Positions 10,582 to 19,651 of a DNA stretch of 64,000 nt are shown in pieces (the first letter of the stretch is position 1; the number at the start of each line of letters is the position of its first letter). Below the pieces are notes generated by a model. That model had not been told where the DNA came from and searched no databases. It saw only the letters and a program-made list of their open reading frames with translations. The position numbers and the translations under genes were made by a program. The DNA lies in assembly GCA_964566535.1 (NCBI GenBank), contig CAZMIO010000001.1, positions 247,751-311,750 of the forward strand, given 5' to 3'. Source of the DNA: an uncultured Methanosarcinales archaeon. GTDB lineage: Archaea > Nanobdellota > Nanobdellia > Woesearchaeales > CAZOXR01.

Positions 10582-11067
10582 ATGGATGGAGTATATATTG
10601 AGCCGAGCAATAGTTTTGGAATTCCACATAGGCAGGCTGAATTTTCTAAACCTTTGACTGATATATTAGAGTCACCTGACGAATATTATGCTATTGAAAT
10701 AACATGGCATGCGGTTATGGCACCAAGAGATTCTAATTATCCATGGATTAGCGTTAGAAGTGATGGAAGAGTACTCTGTGATTATACAATTGACATGGGT
10801 AGATTAGATGAAGATGGGACTTTATATTATAGAGCAGTAGTTAACGGACCTTTTAACGGAAGAGATATTGCAATTGGAACCATTAGAGATGATGGAATTT
10901 TTGTACCTAGATACAGGGAAGAGCCAAGAGAACATGAGGCGTTGGCAGATGCATTAGAGTATGTTAGGAGACATGCAGGTATTGCTGAGGCTAATAGGGT
11001 GGCTGCTGAAGAAAGGAATCCGTTTGGAAGGTTTTTAAGGGCTGTTGATGATATGTTGTTATATTAA
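10582..11067 (+). CDS. Hypothetical protein (Lys-poor orphan)
   Basis: 161-aa ORF with own TATA (TTTATAT ending 10560); no recognised motif. Confidence 0.6.
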   Translation: MDGVYIEPSNSFGIPHRQAEFSKPLTDILESPDEYYAIEITWHAVMAPRDSNYPWISVRSDGRVLCDYTIDMGRLDEDGTLYYRAVVNGPFNGRDIAIGTIRDDGIFVPRYREEPREHEALADALEYVRRHAGIAEANRVAAEERNPFGRFLRAVDDMLLY

Positions 11068-11103
11068 GGTATTTTTATAAAGTCTAGATAATTCTTATTT
11101 ATT

Positions 11104-12369
11104 ATGGTAAAGAAACCAGAATTAATTGCACCTGCTGGAGATTGGGTTAGTCTTAGGGCTGCTATAGCTGCTGGTGCTGATGGCGTATATTTTGGTGTTA
11201 AGCAGCTGAATATGAGAGCTAATGCTAAGAATTTTGAGATTGGTGAAATTAGTCGGGTTGTTAGGGTTTGTCATGATAAGAATGTTTCTGCTTATCTTGT
11301 TTTGAATACTATAATCTATGATGATGAGATTGAGAAGGTTAGGAAGTTGTTGAAAGAGGCTAAAAAGGCTAAGGTGGATGCTATCGTTTGTTGGGATTAT
11401 GCTGTTATTGATGAATGTGAGAAATTGGGTTTAGGGATTCATTTGTCTACCCAGTCATCGATATCAAATTCCAATGAAATAACATTTTTAAAAAATAAAA
11501 TAAAGAAATTAGAAAGGATTGTGTTGGCTAGGGAACTATCATTGGATCAGATAAAAACTATCATTAAAAAAATAAAGAAAAATTCAATGGAAAAAAATAT
11601 CAATAAAAAAAACTCAATAAAAAATAAAGGAATTGGGGTTGAGACTTTTATTCATGGTGCTATGTGTGTTTCTGTGTCTGGGAGGTGTTTTATTTCTCAA
11701 TTTCTTTTTGATAAGTCGGCTAACAGAGGGGATTGTTTGCAACCTTGTCGTCGAGAATATGTTGTTAAGGATCCTGAGGAAGGGCATAAGTTGAAGTTAG
11801 ACAATAATTATGTTATGTCACCGAAGGATTTGTGTACATTGGGTTTTATTGACAAGTTGATTGAGTCTGGGAGTTCTGCTTTTAAGATTGAGGGGAGGAA
11901 TAGGAGTCCTGAATATGTTAAGACGGTTGTTTCGTGTTATAGGGCTGCTATTGATGCTTATTTTGATGGTAAGCTTACTGATAGTTTGAAGAAAAAGTTG
12001 GTTTTGAAGTTGAAGACTGTGTATAACAGAGGGTTTTCTTCTGGATTTTACTTGGGGAAGCCTAATGATGAGGATTGGAGTGAGGTTTATGGTTCTTCTG
12101 CTACGACTAAGAAGAAGTATGTTGGGTTTGTTCGAAATTTCTATAAGAAGGTTAAGGTTGCAGAGATTAAGTTGGAGGCTGGTGATGTGAAGGTGGGGGA
12201 TGAGATTATGTTTCAGGGTCCAACAACTGGTGTTGTGGAGGAAGTGGTTAAATCAATGGAGTTGGACCATAAGAAAGTTAGTAATGGTAAGAAAGGTCAA
12301 CATATTGCGGTTAAGGTTAGTGGTGTAGTTAGGGAGAGGGATAAGGTTTATTTGGTTGTTAAGTCATAA
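11104..12369 (+). CDS. U32 family protein (TrhP/RlhA-like Fe-S hydroxylation protein)
   Basis: PELIAPAG, GADGVYFG, HGAMCVSVSGRC, NRGDCLQPCR, SPKDLC, FKIEGR. Confidence 0.88.
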   Translation: MVKKPELIAPAGDWVSLRAAIAAGADGVYFGVKQLNMRANAKNFEIGEISRVVRVCHDKNVSAYLVLNTIIYDDEIEKVRKLLKEAKKAKVDAIVCWDYAVIDECEKLGLGIHLSTQSSISNSNEITFLKNKIKKLERIVLARELSLDQIKTIIKKIKKNSMEKNINKKNSIKNKGIGVETFIHGAMCVSVSGRCFISQFLFDKSANRGDCLQPCRREYVVKDPEEGHKLKLDNNYVMSPKDLCTLGFIDKLIESGSSAFKIEGRNRSPEYVKTVVSCYRAAIDAYFDGKLTDSLKKKLVLKLKTVYNRGFSSGFYLGKPNDEDWSEVYGSSATTKKKYVGFVRNFYKKVKVAEIKLEAGDVKVGDEIMFQGPTTGVVEEVVKSMELDHKKVSNGKKGQHIAVKVSGVVRERDKVYLVVKS

Positions 12370-12402
12370 TATTTATATAGCGTTTTTGCTTCTTCTTTTA
12401 CG

Positions 12403-13548
12403 ATGAATATCGCTGTTATTTTAGGTGGGGGTAAGGGTAGCCGAATGGGTGGTAAAGTGAATAAGATACTGCTCTCTTTAGCTGATAAGCCTTTAATCTA
12501 CCATACTATCAAAAAATTTGAAGATTGTTCGGATGTTGATGAGATAATTCTTGTGATTAATAAGGACGATATTGATGAGACGAAATTGTTGGTTAGTAAA
12601 TATAAATTTAATAAAATAAAGAAGGTAATTGAAGGTGGGGAAGAGAGGCAGGATTCTGTCTGTAACGGAATTAGAGCTATTGAGAACGGGATGGAGGAGG
12701 ATGTTGTGCTGATTCATAATGCTGCTAATCCTTTTGTTTCTGAAGAGAGTATTGTTGAAGTTATTAAAGCTGTTAAGGATCATGGAGCTGCTGTTGCTGC
12801 TCATAAGGCTAAAGATACAATTAAAGAAGTTGACCTTTATGGGTTTGTTGAGAGGACTCTTGAGAGAGATAAGTTATGGCAGATGCAGACCCCACAAGGA
12901 ATGAAGTATGGTGTTGCTTTGAAGGCTTTTGAGAAAGCCTATACTGATGATGTTTATGCAACTGATGATGTTGCACTGGTTGAGAGGATTGGCGGAAGAG
13001 TTAAGGTTATTGAGACTAATAAAGAAAATATTAAGGTTACTAATCCTTCTGATCTAGTTTTTGCTGAGAAAGTTATTGGAGATAGGATAGGGGTTGGGCA
13101 GGACAGCCATCGGTTTGAAGATGGAAAGAAGTTAATGTTGGGTGGAGTTGAGATTCCTTTTGGTAAGGGATTAAAAGGTAATTCTGACGGAGATGTGATA
13201 TTGCATTCTTTGTTTAATGCTTTGAGTCAGGCTATTGGTATGAGGTCTATTGGTTGTTATGCTGATAAGATGTGTTTAGAAGAAGGTATTAAAGATAGTA
13301 AAGAGTATGTTAAGTTTATTTTGGGGAAATTGTCTGAATATAAGATTAATAATGTCGGAATAATGGTTGAGGGGAAGGAGCCTAAACTTGAGGCGCATCA
13401 TGACATGATTAAAGAAGCTGTTGCTGAGCTGATTGGTGTTGAGGTTGGTGGGGTTGGACTTACATTTACTTCAGGCGAAGAGCTTACAGAATTTGGAAAA
13501 GGAATGGGGATGCAAGCATTTAGTGCTGTGCTGTTGTCAAGAAAATGA
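12403..13548 (+). CDS. ispDF: Bifunctional IspD-IspF (MEP cytidylyltransferase / MEcPP synthase)
   Basis: IspD: GGKGSRM, GGEERQDSV, QTPQ, TDD, NIKVT; IspF: IGVGQDSHRF, SDGDVILH. Confidence 0.9.
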   Translation: MNIAVILGGGKGSRMGGKVNKILLSLADKPLIYHTIKKFEDCSDVDEIILVINKDDIDETKLLVSKYKFNKIKKVIEGGEERQDSVCNGIRAIENGMEEDVVLIHNAANPFVSEESIVEVIKAVKDHGAAVAAHKAKDTIKEVDLYGFVERTLERDKLWQMQTPQGMKYGVALKAFEKAYTDDVYATDDVALVERIGGRVKVIETNKENIKVTNPSDLVFAEKVIGDRIGVGQDSHRFEDGKKLMLGGVEIPFGKGLKGNSDGDVILHSLFNALSQAIGMRSIGCYADKMCLEEGIKDSKEYVKFILGKLSEYKINNVGIMVEGKEPKLEAHHDMIKEAVAELIGVEVGGVGLTFTSGEELTEFGKGMGMQAFSAVLLSRK

Positions 13549-15188
13549 GTTCAATAAAACTAAAATCATATGCTAAGGTGAATCTTACTCTAGATATTCT
13601 GAGGAAGAGGGGAGATGGATATCATGATCTAGAGACAGTGTTTCAACAGATTGGACTTTGTGATGATGTTGAACTTACGTGGATTGATGGTGACAAGGTT
13701 GAGATTGAATGTAATGTTAAGGAGATTGAGAATACTAGAAATCTAGCTGTAAAGGCTGCTTTGATGTTGAAAGAGAAATGTGGAATAAGAAAAGGAGTTC
13801 ATATTAAGATTAATAAGAGGATTCCAATTGGTGCTGGCCTTTCTGGCGGGAGTTCAAATTCTGCTGCTGTTTTGAAAGGTTTGAATATTTTATGGGATCT
13901 TGGACTTCGTAAAGAGGATTTGATTAAGGTTAGTGAAGATATTGGGATGGATGTTGCTTTTCATATTTTAGGTGGGACTTGTTTTGGTAAGGGTCGTGGT
14001 GAGATACTTGAGAAGATTAAGGATTTGGATGAGTATCATGTTGTTTTGGTTTATCCTGGATTTTCTGTTAATACTTCCGATGCTTATGGTAATCTTGATT
14101 ATGGGGTTATTGGTAAGGAAATGAAATCTCAAAAATTAATTGAATCTTTTGATATTAATCACTTGCATAATGACTTTGAGCATTCTATCATTAAAAAAAA
14201 TCCAATGATTGAAACGGTTAAAAATAAAATTGGTGAGAATGCTCTGATGACTGGTTCTGGTTCTGCTGTTTTTGGTTTGTTTAAGGATGAGAGTGAGGCT
14301 CAAAAGAAGTTTAAGGAATTGAAGGAAGAGTTTAGTGATGTATATTTAACTAAGACTGTTAATAAGAATGTTGAATTAGCTAAAACAATGGGCTTTTGTT
14401 TTGGTGTTAAGAGGGCTGTTGATGAGATTGAGAAGCTTAAGAATGGAGAGGATGTTTTTGTTTTAGGAAAGTTGATTCACAATCCACAGGTTATTGAGCA
14501 GTTAGAGAGAGATGGAATAAAGATGATTGATAGTTTTGAGGGTGTTGATAAAGGAGTAGTTGTAATATCTGCTCATGGAGTTCCTGATAAGACTATTGAA
14601 GGAGTTAAGGAGAGGGGGGTTAAGGTTGTTGACCTTACTTGTCCACTTGTAAAGAAGGTGCATGACATCACGAAGGAAGAAGAGAAGAAGGGAAGGAAGG
14701 TTATCATATTTGGAGATGAGGGGCATACTGAAGTTAAGGGTATTGTTGGGAATCTTAAGAACTATAAAGTTATTAAAGATTTACTTGAGCTGAATGATGA
14801 GGATAAGAAGGGCAAGATTACTTTAGTTTCTCAGACTACTAGAGATGTTAAACAATTTAATGAGATTTCTGCTAAGATTAAAGAGATGAATCAGGATAGT
14901 GAGATTAAGGATACTATCTGTATTGCAACTAAAGATAGGCAGTCTAGTTCTATTGAGTTGGCTAAAAAATCTGAGCTGATGATTGTTGTTGGAGGCAAGA
15001 TGTCTTCTAACACTAAGAGATTGGCAGAGATATGCTCAAAGTTTTGTGAGACTAAATATATTGAGACAGAGAATGAGCTTGAGATGGATTGGTTTTTAGG
15101 TAAAGAGAAGGTAGGGATTACTGCTGGAGCTTCAACTTCATCTGATACGATTAATCGAGTTAAGGAGACTATTGAGAGGATAATATGA
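13545..15188 (+). CDS. ispE-ispH: IspE-IspH fusion (CDP-ME kinase / HMBPP reductase)
   Basis: IspE: AKVNLTLDIL, IPIGAGLSGGSSN, MTGSGSAVFG; IspH from ~aa 275: GFCFGVKRAV, LIHN, SAHG, DLTCPLV, SQTT, TICIAT, SSNT, TAGAS. Confidence 0.92.
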   Translation: MSSIKLKSYAKVNLTLDILRKRGDGYHDLETVFQQIGLCDDVELTWIDGDKVEIECNVKEIENTRNLAVKAALMLKEKCGIRKGVHIKINKRIPIGAGLSGGSSNSAAVLKGLNILWDLGLRKEDLIKVSEDIGMDVAFHILGGTCFGKGRGEILEKIKDLDEYHVVLVYPGFSVNTSDAYGNLDYGVIGKEMKSQKLIESFDINHLHNDFEHSIIKKNPMIETVKNKIGENALMTGSGSAVFGLFKDESEAQKKFKELKEEFSDVYLTKTVNKNVELAKTMGFCFGVKRAVDEIEKLKNGEDVFVLGKLIHNPQVIEQLERDGIKMIDSFEGVDKGVVVISAHGVPDKTIEGVKERGVKVVDLTCPLVKKVHDITKEEEKKGRKVIIFGDEGHTEVKGIVGNLKNYKVIKDLLELNDEDKKGKITLVSQTTRDVKQFNEISAKIKEMNQDSEIKDTICIATKDRQSSSIELAKKSELMIVVGGKMSSNTKRLAEICSKFCETKYIETENELEMDWFLGKEKVGITAGASTSSDTINRVKETIERII

Positions 15189-16264
15189 AAGAAGAACTAA
15201 AGAAGTATAAGGGATTAGTGGATGAAGAGCTTGAGAAGCTAGCTGGTTCTGTTAGTGGTAATGAGAGCGGTTTTTTGAAGGATAGTTATGATATGTTATC
15301 AGAGTATATCCTTAGAGGTGGGAAGAGGCTTCGGGCTATATCTTGTATTAAAGCTTATGAAGCGTTTAGCGGCAAGAAGGAGAAAAGGATTCTTTTGCCT
15401 GCAATAAGTCTTGAGTTGTATCATGCTGCATCTCTTGTTCACGATGATATTATGGATGAGGATGAAATTAGAAGGAATAAAGCAAGCATGCACAAATTGT
15501 ATCAGGATATGTTTCTTAAGAAGTTTTCTGAGAAGAAGTATAACGGAAGTGTGTTTAGTAGGGAGTCTGTTAGGTTTGGGGTTTCTTCTGGAATAATTCA
15601 GGGTAACATGATGTTTTCTTTGGTTTTGGATTGTTTAGTTAAGAGTAGTTTTTCAAGTGGGCTTCGGAGTGAGGCTGTTATGTTAATTCAGGACTCTTAT
15701 AGGAAGGTGAATGAGGGGCAATTACTTGATGTGTATAATGAATTTTCTTCTGAGGTTGGGGAGAAGGATTATTTAGAGATGGCTGCTCTAAAGACTGGTA
15801 ATTTATTTGCAACTTCGTTGGAGTTAGGTGGGGTACTAGCTGGGATTGGTGTGAATGAGAGGAAGTTGTTGCATGATTTTGGAGTTAATATTGCAATTGC
15901 TTTTCAGATACAAGATGATTTGATGGATATTGATTCAGATTCTAAAAAAGGTAATACATTTGGTTCTGATATTATGAAAGGGAAGATGACTTTGCTTATG
16001 ATAAATGCGCTTGGGAATTGTTCTGATTTGGAGAGGAAGGAGATTCTTAAGGTGTTTGGGAAAAATACTGCTACTAAATCAGAGATATTGAAGGTCGTTG
16101 ATGTGTTTGAGAAGACTGGTTCAATTGATAGGGCTAAAGAACTTGCTGAGATACATGTTGAGCAGGGCAAGGAGTGTTTGAAAGGTTTGGAGAAGAGGAT
16201 GAGTGCTGAGGGTTATTCGTTTTTTAGTAAGTTAGCTGAGTATATGACTGAGAGGAAGGTTTAG
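15185..16264 (+). CDS. Trans-polyprenyl diphosphate synthase (GGPP synthase-like)
   Basis: GGKRLR, first Asp-rich motif HDDIMD..RR, GQ, KT, second motif FQIQDDLMD. Confidence 0.9.
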   Translation: MKEELKKYKGLVDEELEKLAGSVSGNESGFLKDSYDMLSEYILRGGKRLRAISCIKAYEAFSGKKEKRILLPAISLELYHAASLVHDDIMDEDEIRRNKASMHKLYQDMFLKKFSEKKYNGSVFSRESVRFGVSSGIIQGNMMFSLVLDCLVKSSFSSGLRSEAVMLIQDSYRKVNEGQLLDVYNEFSSEVGEKDYLEMAALKTGNLFATSLELGGVLAGIGVNERKLLHDFGVNIAIAFQIQDDLMDIDSDSKKGNTFGSDIMKGKMTLLMINALGNCSDLERKEILKVFGKNTATKSEILKVVDVFEKTGSIDRAKELAEIHVEQGKECLKGLEKRMSAEGYSFFSKLAEYMTERKV

Positions 16265-16794
16265 CTTTCTTTGAGAATAATTTTTAACTTATCCCAATCC
16301 ATATCATTATTTATGCAGTTGTAATCATTAAGACGGAGAAGTTGAGGGATGACTTTCTTGTCTTTTAGTTCTAATCCTTTTGAATTTACTTTCTCGTTTT
16401 TCATCTCTTTGTTGATTTCGTAATCGCAAGTTGAGCCAATAACTGCCCTAATCTCTTTTCTTGAGATTAATCTTTTTGTAAAGCCCATACTAGGAGTTAT
16501 GTAGAACTGGTATCCTTCTTTTTGGCATAACTCCTTTATTTCTCCGCATCTGCACAATTTGCAGTTGATGCACAATACTCCCTCTTCTTTAGAGAACTTT
16601 GCAGGACAGTTTTTATGAATAAGGCAGTGAGGGAGAAGGACTGCTCTATCGTTTACCTGGATTTTTTTGAACTCGTCTTTGTAGTAAGTGTTTAGGATTT
16701 TTGAAATATCGTAGTTGATCCCTAGTCTTTTTAGGAGAGGGCTTACTCTAAATAATGCTAGCTTTGTGATAAACTTTAGTTTTCTTAGATTCAT
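16261..16794 (-). CDS. DUF116-like Cys-rich protein
   Basis: LLPHCL..CPAK..CINCKLCRCG..AVIGSTC..C pattern typical of DUF116. Confidence 0.7.
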   Translation of the reverse strand: MNLRKLKFITKLALFRVSPLLKRLGINYDISKILNTYYKDEFKKIQVNDRAVLLPHCLIHKNCPAKFSKEEGVLCINCKLCRCGEIKELCQKEGYQFYITPSMGFTKRLISRKEIRAVIGSTCDYEINKEMKNEKVNSKGLELKDKKVIPQLLRLNDYNCINNDMDWDKLKIILKES

Positions 16795-16912
16795 GTTAAA
16801 TCGATAGTGTAGAATCAGTTAAAAATGTTATGGTGGGGAAGTCCGAGGTATAATAAATTTTATAAATAAGTTGATATAACTTATTTTGTTTTTAGATGGT
16901 TGTAGGAGTTTT

Positions 16913-17770
16913 ATGGTAAAAATGTCAGAAATTGGAGATAAAGTGACTGGTAGCTATTATGATAAGCTTCAAATATTTTATGATCTGGTTTATTCTAAAA
17001 AAACAGCTGGAATGCATTATGGTTTTTGGGAAGAGGATACAAAAACTACTGAAGAATCTATTCTTAATACCAATAAATTTGTTGTTAAATGTTTGGATAT
17101 CAATGATGATGATATAATTCTTGATGCTGGTTGTGGGGTAGGTGGAACGTGCGTGCATATTGGAAAACGACATAATGCAGAAATTGTAGGCATTACTTTA
17201 TCAAAATTGCAAGTAAAAAAAGCCAGGAAGAAAACAGATAGGCAAGGGTTAAGTAATATCAGTTATTCTCAGCAAGATTATACAAGAACTACATTTCAAG
17301 ATAAATCTTTTACCAAAATATATGGGATTGAAAGTGTTTGTTATACACAAAATAAGTTAGACTTCTTTAATGAGGCTTATAGATTATTGAAGAATAAGGG
17401 GAAGCTGGTTATTTCGGATGGTTATCTTGCAAGAAAAGATCTTAATAGAAAAGAAAGGAAGGTATTGAAGAAATGCTTAATTGGATGGGGCTTGTCTACT
17501 GCACCTACAAAAGAAGATGTGTTTAATGATCTAAGAAAGGCAGGTTTTAAGAATATTAAATATCATGATAAATTTAAGTCAATCAGGAAAACAAGAAATA
17601 GGATTTATAGATTAGGTATAGGAATATATCTTTTTACTTTATTGCTGGACACATTCAGATTAGCACCTAAATGTATTCATGAGAACACTTTAATGTGTCT
17701 TAATCAGAAGCGATTATTTTCTGATAAAAATAATATTGCGACATATGGAGTTTTTGTTGCTGAGAAATAA
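16913..17770 (+). CDS. Class I SAM methyltransferase (tocopherol/sterol C-methyltransferase-like)
   Basis: MHYGFW, LDAGCGVGG, VGITLS..Q, IES motifs; AGGAG before ATG 16913. Confidence 0.8.
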   Translation: MVKMSEIGDKVTGSYYDKLQIFYDLVYSKKTAGMHYGFWEEDTKTTEESILNTNKFVVKCLDINDDDIILDAGCGVGGTCVHIGKRHNAEIVGITLSKLQVKKARKKTDRQGLSNISYSQQDYTRTTFQDKSFTKIYGIESVCYTQNKLDFFNEAYRLLKNKGKLVISDGYLARKDLNRKERKVLKKCLIGWGLSTAPTKEDVFNDLRKAGFKNIKYHDKFKSIRKTRNRIYRLGIGIYLFTLLLDTFRLAPKCIHENTLMCLNQKRLFSDKNNIATYGVFVAEK

Positions 17771-17785
17771 GGGAAGTATTTTTTT

Positions 17786-18898
17786 CTAGATTTTATTTAG
17801 TATCTTGCCTATGATCCATACTATTCTTGCCCTTAGTGGAACTTTTCCATCTACAATAAATTGTGATAGTTCTTTATCAGATGGTTTTTTTAATAAATAT
17901 TCCAGTTTATTTGATTTAGTGGCTAGTGACTGAAGGTCAAAAAATATCATACCTGCTTTCATTAATTTGCCAAAACTTTTTTTCCATGTTTTCTCATATG
18001 TTTTTAAGAAGTTTTCAGTATAGTTGTTATTTCTTATTGCTTTAACTGCTGTCTTTGCTGCTAGTATCCCTGATTCTAGGGCATAATAGATCCCTTCCCC
18101 AGTTCCAGCATAAACTTGGTTTGCTGAGTTGCCGCATACAAGCAGCCTATTTGAGTATGTCTTTTTAATGGGGCCTGAGCAAGAGATAATCCCTGCGTAT
18201 GGGCTTATTTGTTTTGCGTCGATACCATATTTTTTTAGAAGAGCAGTTAGTGTCTCTTTAACATTAATTCCTTTGTTTACTGTACCAAATCCAATATTAG
18301 AAGTGTTCTTATCTTTCGGAAACACCCATAAATAGCCCATATATTCATCATCAAAAAAAGCATGGAATTTGTCTCTTTCTAATTTAGATTCTTTGTAAAT
18401 TCCACCATAACACACAAAAAAGGTTTGTTTCTTTTTTACAAGATTGAATTTCTTTTGAATCTTATAATCGCAACCACAAGATAAGATTACCAGTTTTGCA
18501 TTAATTGTTTCTTTGTTTGTTTTAATTTCAACTAGGTTGTTTTTTATGTTGATATTGTTGCATCTTGTTCTCAATCTTAAACTATCTTTAACTGGGCCTG
18601 CTAGGAACTTTTCAAAATCAGGTCTGTCTAACTGTAGGAAATCTGCTTTAAAGCTCCTTTTAAAATTTTTATGATGTACTACATGCTCTTTTACTTTGTT
18701 TCTGACAAACTTAAAATCAGTATTGCCGAAGAATTTTATAAATTCGTCTTCCCTAATCCCTTCCCCACATTTTAGTGGGAGGCCTATTTCTTTTTTAGAG
18801 TCTATTCCTAAGAAGTTGATGTTGTTTTTTTCTAAGACTCTTGCTGCCATTAAGCCGGCTGGGCCTAACCCAACAATTACTACATCGTAGGAATCCAT
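17786..18898 (-). CDS. Geranylgeranyl reductase family FAD oxidoreductase
   Basis: VGLGPAG FAD motif, PLKCGEG, DR..F, GYLWVFP, GEGIYYALESG. Confidence 0.85.
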   Translation of the reverse strand: MDSYDVVIVGLGPAGLMAARVLEKNNINFLGIDSKKEIGLPLKCGEGIREDEFIKFFGNTDFKFVRNKVKEHVVHHKNFKRSFKADFLQLDRPDFEKFLAGPVKDSLRLRTRCNNINIKNNLVEIKTNKETINAKLVILSCGCDYKIQKKFNLVKKKQTFFVCYGGIYKESKLERDKFHAFFDDEYMGYLWVFPKDKNTSNIGFGTVNKGINVKETLTALLKKYGIDAKQISPYAGIISCSGPIKKTYSNRLLVCGNSANQVYAGTGEGIYYALESGILAAKTAVKAIRNNNYTENFLKTYEKTWKKSFGKLMKAGMIFFDLQSLATKSNKLEYLLKKPSDKELSQFIVDGKVPLRARIVWIIGKILNKI

Positions 18899-18906
18899 TT
18901 TAGGGT

Positions 18907-19362
18907 TTATTCTATGAAAATACTAGCGTTCTTTGAGTCGTATTTCCAATCTGAACTTAATCTTCCTGAGTTCTTATAATGTTTTACAAGTCTCTTAATT
19001 TTTGATTCAGTCAATTGCAGCCCTCTTTTTGATGTTTGGTCTTTAGTATTCTTTTGCCGATGTTTAAGTAGAGCTACGTTTTTTCTGATTAAAGCCTGAA
19101 GATCTTCTGGTAATTCAGGAGCTAGCTTCTTTTCTTTTAGAATAGCTGTTATTGATTTTTGAGTTAGAGTCTTTACATCAGGAACCCCATATGTGTCTCT
19201 TAAGACTATTCCTATCTGAGAACTTGTTTTTCCATCTTTTGCTAATTTGAATATTAAAAGTTCTACTTCTTTAGCTGTATATTTAGACCAAGTTGGTACT
19301 GCTTTCTTTAAAGGCTTTTTTGAGCCTGAAATTCCTCTCTTCCTTGAATGCATTCGTGCCAT
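18907..19362 (-). CDS. rps15: 30S ribosomal protein uS15 (S15P/S13e)
   Basis: MARMHSRKRGISGSKKP, IGIVLRDTYG, LPEDL, LTESKIKRLVKHYK. Confidence 0.97.
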   Translation of the reverse strand: MARMHSRKRGISGSKKPLKKAVPTWSKYTAKEVELLIFKLAKDGKTSSQIGIVLRDTYGVPDVKTLTQKSITAILKEKKLAPELPEDLQALIRKNVALLKHRQKNTKDQTSKRGLQLTESKIKRLVKHYKNSGRLSSDWKYDSKNASIFIE

Positions 19363-19545
19363 TTGTATAACCTCCTAGTTATAGGAACAGACAATATTTA
19401 TTGAACATTGTTGTCTGTTCTTAATAGTAAAGGCACATTTATGTTCAAATACTGTGTCCTTTACTATATCATGTTCATTAGGAAACTATGATAGAATTAC
19501 CATGTCCCCAGTATAAGCGAGCTAATGTTTAACCTGCTTATCCAT
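19363..19545 (-). promoter_or_regulatory. Long structured 5' leader of rps15
   Basis: Four inverted repeats between TATA (TTTATAAA 19573-19580) and SD (AGGAGG, 19371-19376); loops of two hairpins are complementary. Confidence 0.55.
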
Positions 19546-19651
19546 CGAATAGTAAGTGGGAGATTATGGGGATTTATAAAGGTTGTTGTTGAGTGAGTAA
19601 CAGCAAGCTTTAAATAGATGAGTATACTAGTATATCCTAGGTGGTAGGTGG

